DNA of 63,877 bases, the filler included, from Reticulomyxa filosa (Eukaryota; Protista; Foraminifera), in assembly GCA_000512085.1 (NCBI GenBank). It is 20 parts of 20 records of this genome, joined end to end, with 100 filler letters (N's around TTAATTAATTAA, not from the genome) between each part and the next. Parts side by side here need not be neighbours in the genome. Positions count along the whole stretch, not along the records: positions 49,975 to 52,405 come from ASPP01020494.1; positions 52,506 to 53,931 come from ASPP01029537.1; positions 54,032 to 55,282 come from ASPP01022043.1; positions 55,383 to 58,035 come from ASPP01033750.1; positions 58,136 to 59,780 come from ASPP01026078.1; positions 59,881 to 61,157 come from ASPP01011315.1; positions 61,258 to 62,418 come from ASPP01044740.1; positions 62,519 to 63,877 come from ASPP01023152.1; 12 more parts are not named here. The stretch is one strand, 5' to 3'. Within the stretch, counting starts at the first letter, position 1; the number at the start of each line of letters is the position of its first letter. The position numbers were made by a program, and so were the translations under genes. Shown in pieces: positions 51,703-63,877 of the stretch. The notes under the pieces are model-generated. The model saw nothing but the letters and a program-made list of their open reading frames with translations. It did not search any database and was not told the DNA's origin.

Positions 51703-52343
51703 TGTGTATGTATATGAACTGCATAAGTGTTAGTTTTGATAGCGTCTTTCATGTTTTGAAAGAATTTTCGCATGCGAATATTGTCATCCCTGGGGATACT
51801 TTGCAGTACATCTTTGGATAAATGGAACTGTTGCGGTAACAATATTTTGGGAAGGCGTTTTGCAATTCTCATGTTAGGTATATGCTCTTTCTTTTTTTTT
51901 ACAACTCTCTCCTCTTTTTTGTCTTTGCAATCAACATCATCTTCTTCATCTTCGTTCTCATTGCTTTTTTCCTTCACAATGACCGTGGCACATTTGGATA
52001 CACTTTTGGCATTTTTATCTGAAGATAACTCTGTCTCATTTTGTTGATCTTGTGTTTGTCTATTTTCTTCTTGTTCTCTTTCTTTCTCCTCTCCTTCTTC
52101 TTCTTCTTCTTCTTCTTCTTCTTCTTCTTCTTCTTCTTCGTCGTCTTCTTCAAATGTAATAACTTCGTCATTGTTAGGTAATGTATCAAATTTTTCGGAA
52201 TAGCGGCTGTCAATCTGTCTTTCTGTTATGTCCTCTGTTTTTTTCACCGTGTTCTTTTTGCTACTGTGTTTACGATTGATTTTGTTGTTCGTTTTGTTCT
52301 TGTTGCTGGTATTATATTGTTGCTTCTTTTGACTATCATTGTC

Positions 52344-52405
<62 letters not shown>
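50070..52405 (-). CDS. Internal part of a low-complexity, disordered multi-exon gene
   Basis: Consecutive minus-strand ORFs (51639-52247, 50796-51512, 49919-50794) separated by TA-microsatellite introns; poly-E, poly-N and Pro-rich tracts. Confidence 0.55.
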
Positions 52406-52505
52406 NNNNNNNNNNNNNNNNNNNNNNNNNNNNNNNNNNNNNNNNNNNNTTAATTAATTAANNNNNNNNNNNNNNNNNNNNNNNNNNNNNNNNNNNNNNN
52501 NNNNN

Positions 52506-52892
52506 TATTTACATTTAACTCATTTAAGCAGGAAGTTTCACAAATCTCTCTTAATTTCTCGAATGTATCATAATAAATTTGATTGTAATTTTTACATGTC
52601 TGTGATATTGTCTCTTTTTCTAGCTTATTGCCAAAGTCTTTGAATAGATCCATCAGATAATATTGTTGTTGCAAAGTCGTGCTGTATTAAAATATATAAA
52701 GCAATGATTTGTTAAAAAAATATTGAAATATTTTGTTAGTAAAAAAGAGAAAAGAAATTGATTGTACGTGTTCTCTGTTAGCCAGATTAAAACATCCTTT
52801 GTCTTTTCAGCATCTTGCTTAAACCATTCCAATACATTTGAAATGATCTCTTCTTCCATCTCGGGGAACGTCTGTTGAAGTTGTGTAAGCAT
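52506..52892 (-). CDS. CUE-like domain protein fragment
   Basis: LTQLQQTFPEMEEEIISNVLEWFKQDAEKTKDVL fits the CUE consensus L..MFP.....I..VL......E.....LL; it continues after an intron to the contig end. Confidence 0.5.
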
Positions 52893-55800
52893 GATGATGA
52901 AGTTAACTGCAAAAGAAAACCCTTTTTTTGAACACTTAAAAACTGAATGACGTAATTGGCGAGAAAAAAATGGACACTATATTGTGCGTACAATGTTGAA
53001 TAAGACAATAACAATTCCAACTATGTTTAGTTGATATTGCCACAAGAAGAAAAACATTCTAGGACTAATAAAAACCAACTTAAATACTCTTTGTATACGA
53101 AAATTAAAACAGACACTTTTAAGGGAGAAGGAGACAGTTGCATTTTATCGAGTCTAATTCTTTCTTTTTTCATCAAAGACAATTATAAGAAATTCACTTC
53201 AAGCAAGACAAGCAAAAGAGTGATCATGAAATTGTCTTTCAACAAAAAAAACTTGTATAAAAGCTTTTAACAAAAAATAAGTAAGTAATTCATTTGAGAC
53301 TTTTTTTTTACATTGAATTATGTTGTCTCAAATATTTGAAACACACAACGGATTAAATCAGTTCTTCGATCTCAAAAAAACATTTTTTCGATCAATTGAC
53401 TAAAAAGTCAATAGCATAAAGTGGCAATCTTTATGTTTTCATTTCTACTTTGTAAAGGAAATGAAATACAATTAAAATTGAAATATTTGAAAATATTTTA
53501 TTCTTATGATGAATTAAAAATATTAACAGAAATGTGTTTGCATATTTATTTTTCAAATGTTATCAAATATTTGTGTTAAAAATTATTGAATTAATTCAAA
53601 AAAAAAAAATGATGATAATTGGATAATTGGTATCAATATGATCACATCCAATTATTTCAATAATATGAAATATCAAAATGGTGATTCAAATATTTAAATA
53701 ATAAATAAAATAAAAGTCTATTTTATCAATATCAGAACGTGTTATTACGTTACGTTGATAAACAAACAAAAAAAAGAAAAGTGTTCAAAATGAAATAGAA
53801 AGACAAAAATTGGGGAAACAAAGCTGGGAATCAATCAATTTACAGTAGGTTGCAAAGAAAACGAACGCATAAAACATATCTTATGATGATAATTGATTTT
53901 CTCAATAACTTTTTTTTTTTGTTGGATGAAANNNNNNNNNNNNNNNNNNNNNNNNNNNNNNNNNNNNNNNNNNNNTTAATTAATTAANNNNNNNNNNNNN
54001 NNNNNNNNNNNNNNNNNNNNNNNNNNNNNNNTGAATGTTTAATGTTCGAATCCAATGATGAATAATTATTTGGACTTCTTCTTCTTTTGACTGTTTCAAT
54101 CATAAGGCAAAATGAGAAAAATAAGAAGGACAACATAAAAAAAAATAATGTAAACGAAACTTTCATTACTAAGCTAAAGTATATTCTTTCAGATTTTTTT
54201 TTCCTTGAGATGATCTTTGATGATGTAAAGACGATGAAAGATTCTTTTCCACTTTTTTTTTAAGCTCACGAAGGGACCAATAAAAAATTGAAATGAATTT
54301 GTTTTGTTTAATAAATATAAACTTTGTTATGATAACAAGTATTTTATTTTGTAAAATATTAAGACATCACAACAATAAGAAATATTTTTTTTCAATTTAT
54401 TATAGCAATGTTTTATGAAAAAATATTCGTTCTTATTGAACTTATAGTCACATGCGTTATTTATACATACAAAAAGAATATGAGTAAAATGAAATTTCTA
54501 ATTTCTTAGTATTTTTGCTTCTGTTTACTCAAAATTATAGGAAATGGTAATTTGAATGCATAAGATCGTACAATCGAACATGAATTTTTTTTTTTTTAAT
54601 CAAGAAAAAGGTATCAATAATTTTGTTGCAATTTGATGAACAATAAAAGAAAATAAAATGGATATTTTCCATTGTTCATATCCAATTTCTCAAAAGTATA
54701 AAATGTTGACACTTTAATGTACTTTATCCTTGCACGCCAGCACTTTGCTTGCTAAAAAAATATTTTTACATCAATTATTTTCAAATTTTGATGAAATTGT
54801 CTTTGACATATGACAGTTTATTAATTTTTTGAGCTGTTTTTACACAGTAACCAAGTGAAGTAGTGTGTGATTCAACAAATCTGAGCTGTGATGTGGCATA
54901 CAAAAGTGATGGCGTGCAAGCCACTGCGAATTATTTGCACATGTTCGTTGCAATTTTCAAACAAACTCAATAATTCATCGGGGTTTTTCCAACGCATTTC
55001 GGTAGTGTCTTCAGCAATTAAATAAGCGCACTCAATATCCGAAAGGCATCTCTTCTTCACGTCCCAATGATCCCAGAGCAACCAATACGAATTGGCAAGG
55101 GATTTGTATCAATCGATCCAACACATATTTCACTTCAATATAATATTTTGATCCAGGTTATCTCTTAGTTTTAGTAATCTATCCTTCTTCAACACTTCTT
55201 CTGCACAGCTACATTTCACATACTTTATGGAATAGAAACGTTTATTTAAAAGTTTAATCAATGAATAATACACGTCGTAATTNNNNNNNNNNNNNNNNNN
55301 NNNNNNNNNNNNNNNNNNNNNNNNNNTTAATTAATTAANNNNNNNNNNNNNNNNNNNNNNNNNNNNNNNNNNNNNNNNNNNNGGAAAACTGGAACGGACA
55401 TTGAAAGCCAACATTCGATCCAATACATCATCATGTGCTGATTTCGATTTCAACTGCTCTTTAAGGCTATTTATTTTTCTATTTTTACAGACATATTCAT
55501 GCTCATATCATTGTTATAGGAAAGATTAGATAATGTATAACTCGGAATACTGTTTAATTACCAATTTTCTATTTTTATTTTTACACACACAATTAAACAT
55601 TTTCAAAATGTGATAGTGGTACTGATAGACAATCAAAGATACTGAACTGTGCTTCACATTCACTCAAAGCTTGCGCAAGCTCCATTTGTGTTCTGATATC
55701 ATTTCATACAATGTGAATGATGAGAATGGATGGATATTCCAACAAACCTTTTTTTTTTTTTTTGAAATGATGTTTTGCTCATTTAACTTGATATCATTTT

Positions 55801-58165
55801 CTTTATCTTTTTTAAGTTGCTCATATTCACTTCGTAAATGATTGTAATGGCTATAGAAAACAAAGATAAAACAAATATTGGAATAAAATAGAAATAGAAA
55901 TGTATTTGAGATTCCAACAAATAATAAACAAAAAGAGAGTGAGTGATACTAACTTGTATAGTTGATTGTATTTTTGAATTAGACTGCAATGAAAAATACG
56001 ATTGCAATTGAAAATATTTGATTTTGTGTATGTTTATGTTTGGCACAAGTTATAAACCTACAAATAAAAAAAGTTTGGACAAAATCGATATGAACTTTGT
56101 TTACTTGTTATGTGCTTGGGATTTTTCGTTGTGTGAATGTTTCCATCTGTAAAATGTGCATATACACATTGACATAGTGAAGTAGGAGCACAAATATTTG
56201 ACATTTTTTGCGAATAATTTATTTATCCTAACTCGATTATATCGGCATTTAATTCTTCAATTTTCTTTTTCCTATTCACCCAAATAATGATATTTACATT
56301 TGTATTATTGCCTGTTTTTATTTTGTTTGAAACACGTAGTGTTTGTGCAAACTGCTCCTCATAATTCGTCTTCCGTGTATTTACTTCGTGCTTATAACTG
56401 AACCAAAACAACAAACAATGTGTCATTTTTTTGTTTTTTTTTTTTTTATATTTATATTCGCACTTACTGATTTACTGCAGCTCCTAATTCTTGACATTGT
56501 GTTTTGAGTCTATTGAATGATCGAAGCATTTTATTCCAAAAAAACATGCAAATAAACAAAACAAAAACACATTTAATTTTTCAAATATGTGATCCACTTA
56601 TAGACTCTTTATAACTGTTCCACATCCTTTTTTGCTCTGTCGTATTTTTGCACATAGCTCATTTCAGATGTAATTCATAAAACAAAGCAAACGCAGTTAT
56701 AAGCACATGTTTTTTAAAATTTTCTGTTTGTATTTTAATGTTTGTTTTTCTCACTCCTTTTTTTTTTTTTAATTTGACAAATACATTAGAAAACACATGT
56801 TCATTTGAGTACCTTTTAAATTCTTTCTTTATCTCTTCATACCCTTCCCTTCTTTGATCATGAGTACTGATAAAAAAAAAAAAAACACACACATGTGAAT
56901 AAACATCAGTAACAAAAAACAAGATTATTCATTCTGCATACAAAGCAACACATATGCATATAAAATTTATTTGTATGGTGAAAATGCCCTCAAGTAAAAA
57001 AATGATTAAAATTTTCTCAACATTCGCAATTGGAATAATTTCTTCATGAGCTGGTAGCAATTGTCGTCAAGAGATTTCTTACACGAATTTTGCATGCCTT
57101 CTATCTCTTTTGAAGATATATTTAGATCGGTTATCTTGTTAATTGTTTCTTGCATTGTTTGTATAGCTTCTGACATGCTCATTTCTCTTTTTGGTTTTGC
57201 CTTTTTTCGGGACTCTCTAATCTCGTTTTTTTCGAAATAAAACAGACAATAACACCAATTATTCCATTTAAAGGTCAACACAAACAATCGAACAAAAATA
57301 TGGAGTGGGTCACTTTTAATGTTAAATGAGCTCTACTTCTTTTGCTTTGGTCCAGAGAAAACGAGAAAAAACAAATACGTGAGTGCCAACAACAACAAAA
57401 AATATTTTATATCAAAGACTATCGACGACTGTCTTTCAAGCGTTATTTGAGTATGCCTCAATTTCCTCATTTTATTAAAATGAGAGAATATTCTTTTATG
57501 CTTTTAACTGAGCGCCTGACATTTTCTTGGTTTAAGGTTGCAAAATCCAACAGCAAATGTCACCTTTTTTTTCTCAATGTAAAGAACTTTTTTAGCTTGA
57601 CAAATAAAAAAGGCACAACAAGCAAAATTTGTCTTTTTTTTTGAGCTGTTTGATGTTGTATGTGAAAAGGCAATTAAAAGTTTTGAAACCGCGCTAATGA
57701 GCAGTTTATATTATTAATAAACAAAAGAATTAATTATGGTGAGTGAATGAAGATTTAAATTTCGGGTTTGTACGTGCGTACAGTAGCACTTGTTTAGTCC
57801 ATTAAGGGTGTACTTTGGAAGGAAAAAAACTGTATGCATAATGGATGATCCCTCGATTAATGTAAGAGAATTAAAAGATCAGCTGAAGCGCTTTAAATCA
57901 TCAAATGAACAGTTGCAGCAGCAGTTGACAGAAGTGACAGCCCGCAAAGAATACTACAAAGCAGTTTCAAACTAAGCCCAAACCCAGCCTAAAACAGCAC
58001 AAAGAGCATCAACAGCTGATATAAAAAAAAAAAAANNNNNNNNNNNNNNNNNNNNNNNNNNNNNNNNNNNNNNNNNNNNTTAATTAATTAANNNNNNNNN
58101 NNNNNNNNNNNNNNNNNNNNNNNNNNNNNNNNNNNCAGTGTTTTAAAAAAAACTTATATACATGC

Positions 58166-59780
58166 ATGAAAATAGGTTGCGAACAATTAGCGAGTCGCTT
58201 GCAAGAAAAGGCGCATTACACGATTATCGAAGATCCCATCAAAAGTCGTTATCGAGATATACGTTATGACAGCGTCGAGCAACTATCCCAATTTGCTGGA
58301 CTCGACGATAAAAAGAATTATCTGATCTGCATCTTCTCAAACACGATAACGGCAGCAACAATTAAGAAGTGGATGGTCAATGCAAGAATTTGAAGGAGGA
58401 TGTGATTGTGTATTACAATTGGGATAGATATTTATGGGCCCTTGTCTAAACGCAGCATAAAGATTTTCTCCAACTGATAAGAGATTCCTACGATCACATT
58501 TGGTTTGATTTCTTTTTGCAACGTGATGTGGACAAGGATCAAGATATTGCAAAGTTGAAAATCAGTAGTGTGAGCAAATTTATTACGCTGCTTGGAACAA
58601 GATCGTTCTTTTTCCCACAGGTATACAAGTACATATGTACATTTATTTTTTTTGGAGTAGGGAGGGGGAGGATATTGTAGTAAGAAATACAAATTCTTTT
58701 TTTAAAAAAAAGATACTAATTCTTCATTGCGATAATTGTATACAATGCTCATTGGTTTTATGCAGCTGGCGAACAAAGACGACTCTGTATTTGGTAATAC
58801 TTTGGACAGTATTTGCATTGCCACAAAGAAGCTGTCGACCGCAGACATAGAAGATTTTGCGGTGAATTTTTGCATTTGCTATCGGAACTTTTGCTATAAT
58901 GAGAGGTTGGATCAAATTCACAAATATGTTCCAGGACATCATCGACCCAAAGAAAGAGCTGGATATTCTATTTATTAGACACTTGACTGTTGCAGACATT
59001 GTCGAAATCTTCAATCACTTTCTCGACGAACTGCCTAATCTTGAACAAAAAAATGCCTGACATTTATCGATCATTTTGCAGGCTTGGCACAACGAACAAT
59101 TGGGTTATCATATTTCAGAATTATGTATATCGTGCTGAGTCATTCACGTTGCAGCATAAAAGGTTGCAATAATTAACCAAATCTCCACAAACTGCTTTGT
59201 GATTAAAAATTATGCTCATTACGATAATGCAAGCTGTGTATACGTCAAATCCTCCTGTTCAATCAAATCGCTCCAGATCAATTTGCCGCTTTCGTCACAG
59301 TCTTCATGCTTTTCCATCTAATCTCCATCAGAGTGTAGATATAACGTGTCATTGCGCGCGTATGAAAGACATATTCGACTTCTTGGCAAAGAGTTTGATA
59401 TCTCAAGCATGTCCATTGGATTCGTCTTTGGCTATGAAAGTCTTTTCTAATGGCAAATGAACAATATGAGGAAAATTGTGGCAATCGTCGCAACAAAGTG
59501 GAAATACGAAAGATGATGGCCAACGCAAAAATTATTCGAATTACCCAAAATAAGACAATATTGTGAGCTATAGTTGATAAAGAATATATTCCAATATTGG
59601 ATTTATCAAAAATGATATGCAATTGTATTGTGGTGTGAAAGCGTTGCAAAAAACCTGATCCAATTGAAATTAATAGGATTCGATTTAAATTCAATTTTGA
59701 AAAATGCAAGCCAACAGTCGAGAAACGGAAACAATTGGCCCGAAAAGAGATGTAGTTATATTTGGAGGATGTGGAAGCAT
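58166..59780 (+). pseudogene. Decayed fragment of a large unidentified protein gene
   Basis: A run of short same-strand coding-like frames broken by stops and frameshifts, with GC above background. Confidence 0.35.
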
Positions 59781-60559
59781 NNNNNNNNNNNNNNNNNNNN
59801 NNNNNNNNNNNNNNNNNNNNNNNNTTAATTAATTAANNNNNNNNNNNNNNNNNNNNNNNNNNNNNNNNNNNNNNNNNNNNTTTGTTCATAACAAAATCGA
59901 CACATTTTTGTAGCTGTGACTTCATTGTGTATGTCTTTTTGTCAAGGCTTCCAACGCAGTTGTGTCGTTATTTTTGTTAAATACGTTGATTCCCGAGTGA
60001 TCAGTCAACATCAACACGGAATTTACACGTCCGTGAGTCGATAGACTATCGTTTTGGATGTCCAATGCTTGAAAGTGGCGAAACGGAAAAATCAAACGAA
60101 AAAAGATTTTTGAGAAAAGTTGACGGATGTTTCAACTAGCATTTGTTCCAAGCAGTATATGTTATCTTCCAGTCGTTACCATTCGCGTTTCAACGTTTCA
60201 CTTTCTGTCGTTGTCTTCGTTGTTGGCTTCGGTCGTGTGTTCGATGTAGATTCTCTTTCTTTTTTGTCTGTCGTTATTGTACCTGCTTTTCTTGGCTTCT
60301 TCAAAGGTGGCGATCGTTGTTTCTGTCCAAATGTTTCATTCAAGTTGCGTTTCTTTGGCAGTTGTGTTGATTGTGAGTTTGAATGATTGTTGATTTGTAT
60401 TTGCATTTTTATTGATATTTTCATTGGTATTGGAATCGATTGAGGACAACAACAATGACGTCGAAATAAAACGATCAATCAACCATAATTTTCGTTCGAT
60501 CAATCATAGCCACTCAATTTTTTGAATCAAAGTTACTCTTGATTTCATCGGTGGCGTGT

Positions 60560-61157
60560 TTGTACTGATTTTGCTTCAGATTCAGCCACGACAATGTCTT
60601 AGAAAAGAGCATGATAAAATGCTTCATGACGGACAGAGTGTGGATGCGTATATCGATGGGTTTGTACCCCCCTCCTCCCCCAAAAAGTCGCAATTGTCGT
60701 TGGACTGGGACAGGTTTTGGATGACCAGTTTCTGATCCATGCGTTGTGTCGGATATTGGACGCCGTTTTGCAATTGCCTGTTTCGCCTATGAGTAGAACA
60801 GATCCTTTGTTGACAATACACATTGCAATCTATTCCATCAAACACAGTGCATGTCAAGTGAGAACAAAGTTGATCCATGATTGCCGTTCCAGCTCCTTTT
60901 CAAATTCGTATGCACTTGCATTGACATTGGCATTACCCCTTTTTCGCATGTGCAGCTGTCAACTGGGGGATTGCGCTTTTCATTTTTGCACAAAAATATC
61001 AATTGTCCGTCATCCCCTCTCAATTCTGGCGTGCGTTGCGTCAATAGACTCTCCACGCTAGTGGGATCCAAGTTGAAGAAGCGTCCGATTTCCTTGGCCA
61101 TGTGCAGACAGACTTTGAACTTGCTCTGCCATGCAGCAGTCGTGGCACTCCAGCAGC
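60560..61157 (-). pseudogene. MDN1: Midasin (dynein-related AAA ATPase) fragment, frameshifted
   Basis: Across frames: LMELIAMCIVNKGSVLLIGETGNCKT / QKLVIQNLSQSNDNCDFLG / GGYKP, matching the midasin AAA2 pattern PVLLVGETGTGKT...NLSQQSD..DLLGGYKP. Confidence 0.75.
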
Positions 61158-62566
61158 NNNNNNNNNNNNNNNNNNNNNNNNNNNNNNNNNNNNNNNNNNN
61201 NTTAATTAATTAANNNNNNNNNNNNNNNNNNNNNNNNNNNNNNNNNNNNNNNNNNNNCCCTTCTTCGAGAAGGCACTTTTAGACAAAAGATTGTCCAATC
61301 TTATTATTGCAATCCATAACTTCATTGACATTGTAATTTTATTATTTTGCAAAAAGCGTCTTATGTTTTGCTTTTCTTAAATACAATAAATCATATTCTT
61401 CAATAAAAAGAAAATGTTATAAAAAGTGTCATGCATGTGTTAATGTTGGTACAAATCATATATATTTAAATTTCAAAATTGACTATAGAACAGGCGAATT
61501 GTAAAAAATAATTTACCAAGGCAAGAATATTTTGTTGATATGCTTATTGTTTTTCTTAATTTAGTCTAATGGTTTATCTGCAGTAATAAAGCGAATATAC
61601 ATACTAAACGCATCTTATATGCATAACACTTTTTTCTTTTTAAATTTTACAACATATTTTGTTTTTAAAAAAAACTGATAAAATTTATATGTTGAATAAT
61701 TACACTAAAAGACAAAATTTGCTATCAACATATCTTTAACAATGTTTCAAAGTCGTACATGAAATTCTGGTTGTACTATTCAAATTTAAAGATAATTTAA
61801 TTAATTGATTTAATCATTGTTTTATATGTAGTTTTCATTGTAATCTTTTAAATGACAAAAAGAGTTCTCGCATTATGTATGTAATATGATCGCATTTTCG
61901 TTTTATTTCTCTTTGAGAAAAGAAAGTTGGTTTATGCAGTAAAAACAAACTAGCATCTATCAATGTCAGATTATTTTTATCGACGCAAATTATTTTAAAA
62001 CCCCAAACATTAAAATTATACCAAAAAAGATATAACAATTGTCAAAAACATTACAATTTGAAATTAATTTATTGTAAGTTTCATCAAAAACCAGCGTAAC
62101 GCATTTTCGCAAAGCGTTCTCAAATTTTGACAGCCTATCAAACAAAAATCCACAAACATTTCAAAAATAATACTAAAAAAAAACTTACAACAAAAAATGT
62201 CACCAAGTCAGCCTAGTGCGACTTTTTCATCCAAAAAAAAAAAGATTGTTTGGTGTTACCTTTCTATGAGATGCTTTGTGCCAGCCAATTTTTTCATTTA
62301 CGACAAGTGTACAACATTTTCACTTGGGTTTTATCACTAAAAACATTTTTTCTTTAGGTGAGATGCAAAAATATTAGATTTTATCCTTTATAACAAAATT
62401 AATAAAAAAAACACAAAANNNNNNNNNNNNNNNNNNNNNNNNNNNNNNNNNNNNNNNNNNNNTTAATTAATTAANNNNNNNNNNNNNNNNNNNNNNNNNN
62501 NNNNNNNNNNNNNNNNNNAATAATAAATATTATATATATATATATATATAATATTTATTATTATTA

Positions 62567-63214
62567 TTATTGTAAAAATAATGACAAAACAATTTGTAAT
62601 GTTGTTTCAGTTTGTAATTGCGATAATAAATGTTGATTTGTGTCTTGAAGTTGTTTCAGCTGTTGATTGACAACGTTCAAATGACTTTGGATTTCGGATG
62701 AAATGACCTGTTCAATGTAAGTGAGATTGCACGACTTGTCCAAATGGTCTTGAATATCTTTCATCTTTCCTTTGAAATTGCATCCATATTTTGAATTGGA
62801 CTGTTTCTCACGTTCTTCGCTTTCCCCTGGTTTTGTCGGTCGGAAGTGCTTATTCAAATCAAATTGTCGCGGACAAATGACCATTAAATCAGACACTAAT
62901 TGCCGCACCACTTTGTTTTTTGAAAATTCGCAGTGGTAGTGTTGTTCAATTGGACACTTGCCGCTGCTTTGTTTTAGATACCTTTGCAAACATTCTTCTC
63001 CGATCAAATACACACGTTCTCCGTTGTCGTGCTCACCACACTGTAACTCCATTGCGTTGTTCGTTATTTCGTTGCACAGGCAACAGATCAAGGAGTTCAG
63101 CTTTTGTGGTTCATTTGTCAATGACACCCACTCTTTGTTGTAACAACCAGAATCGAAAAAAAAATGTCTGTTGACATTTACTCTTTTCTCCTCTTTCTCC
63201 TCTTTTGATTCCAT
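62567..63214 (-). CDS. RING-variant plus TRAF-type zinc-finger protein with coiled coil, first exon
   Basis: ICCLCNEI.NNAMELQCGEH..GEECL..CPI..H..C..VICPRQF..CNFKGKMKDIQDHLDKSC; paralogous to 38029-38506. Confidence 0.75.
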   Translation of the reverse strand: MESKEEKEEKRVNVNRHFFFDSGCYNKEWVSLTNEPQKLNSLICCLCNEITNNAMELQCGEHDNGERVYLIGEECLQRYLKQSSGKCPIEQHYHCEFSKNKVVRQLVSDLMVICPRQFDLNKHFRPTKPGESEEREKQSNSKYGCNFKGKMKDIQDHLDKSCNLTYIEQVISSEIQSHLNVVNQQLKQLQDTNQHLLSQLQTETTLQIVLSLFLQ

Positions 63215-63455
63215 GTCTTGTCTTTCGAGTTGTTGTTTTTTTTTTCAAATGGGGGACAATTCTTTATTGAAGTATACCAACAAGTTAGTTTTAAATTATG
63301 CATTGATGAGAAAATATTTGCTTTTTTAAAAAAATACTTGGTGCAAAAGAGTGTAAATAGTATTTGTAATACATTTACATATAAAGTGCAATGAAATAGT
63401 GAAATTGTTGGTTATATTATTGTGAAGAAGTAAAAAAGGAGCAACTCTTAGTTTA

Positions 63456-63810
63456 TCAAAAATACCCAAATTGTAAAATAACATCGAATTTACTTTTGAG
63501 GATATCATACGAGCTATAATTTGGAATATGCAGCGAGTAGTCGCAAGTGCTCGCCTCCGGCAAAGAATTGGAATTGTGTTGATTTTGCTTCAATATATCG
63601 ATCGACCATCGTTCGTGTTTGTGGATGGAATAGTTGCCTTTGCTGAACCCATATAATGGCAAACTACAAGTGCCACCCCAAAACAACAGTAAATGTTTTA
63701 AGCCTTCTTTGTTTAATGACTTTACATAGGTCCAGAACCATTGGATCACTTTGTCATTCTCTGAGCAGCTCTTGTAATTCACATACTTTTGCCACTCTTC
63801 AATATCAATA
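63456..63810 (-). CDS. HECT E3 ubiquitin ligase, C-terminal exon
   Basis: IDIEEWQ..Y..VIQWFW..LLLFWGGTCSLP..GF...LPEASTC (catalytic Cys)..LHIPNYSSYDILKSK. Confidence 0.9.
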
Positions 63811-63877
63811 CTAACAACAACAACAACAAACAAATATATATATATATATATGTATATGTATATATATGTACATATAT

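Overview
AT-rich eukaryotic DNA, not one locus: 20 unrelated contigs joined by 19 artificial 100-bp linkers (N44-TTAATTAATTAA-N44), so gene neighbourhood is only meaningful within a contig. A polyubiquitin pseudogene with an extra Ala at the monomer junction (the Rhizaria hallmark), plus expanded kelch, RING/TRAF-like and NACHT-WD40 families, points to a foraminiferan such as Reticulomyxa (inference). Contents: a nest of decayed APE-type LINE fragments (1-5.1 kb, again at 26.4-27.4 kb), a CRE/SLACS-like retrotransposon, a secreted vWA protein, a USP40-like deubiquitinase head-to-head with an apparently inactive DEDD exonuclease, FN3, DHHC, CYFIP, thioesterase, HECT and RING/TRAF-like genes, and pseudogenes of polyubiquitin, CCT7, midasin and a kelch protein. 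The best candidate for a new system is at 44.0-49.5 kb: an NLR-like STAND protein (CUE-like + Zn-ribbon + RelA/SpoT-type nucleotidyltransferase + NACHT + pentapeptide + 14 WD40 repeats with hypervariable positions), i.e. a putative eukaryotic immune receptor with an alarmone-synthetase-like effector. Other leads are a colicin-M-like domain in the vWA protein, a conserved structured element beside LINE fragments, and introns with U-rich 5' and A-rich 3' ends instead of a polypyrimidine tract. All assignments come from reading motifs by eye; no searches were run.
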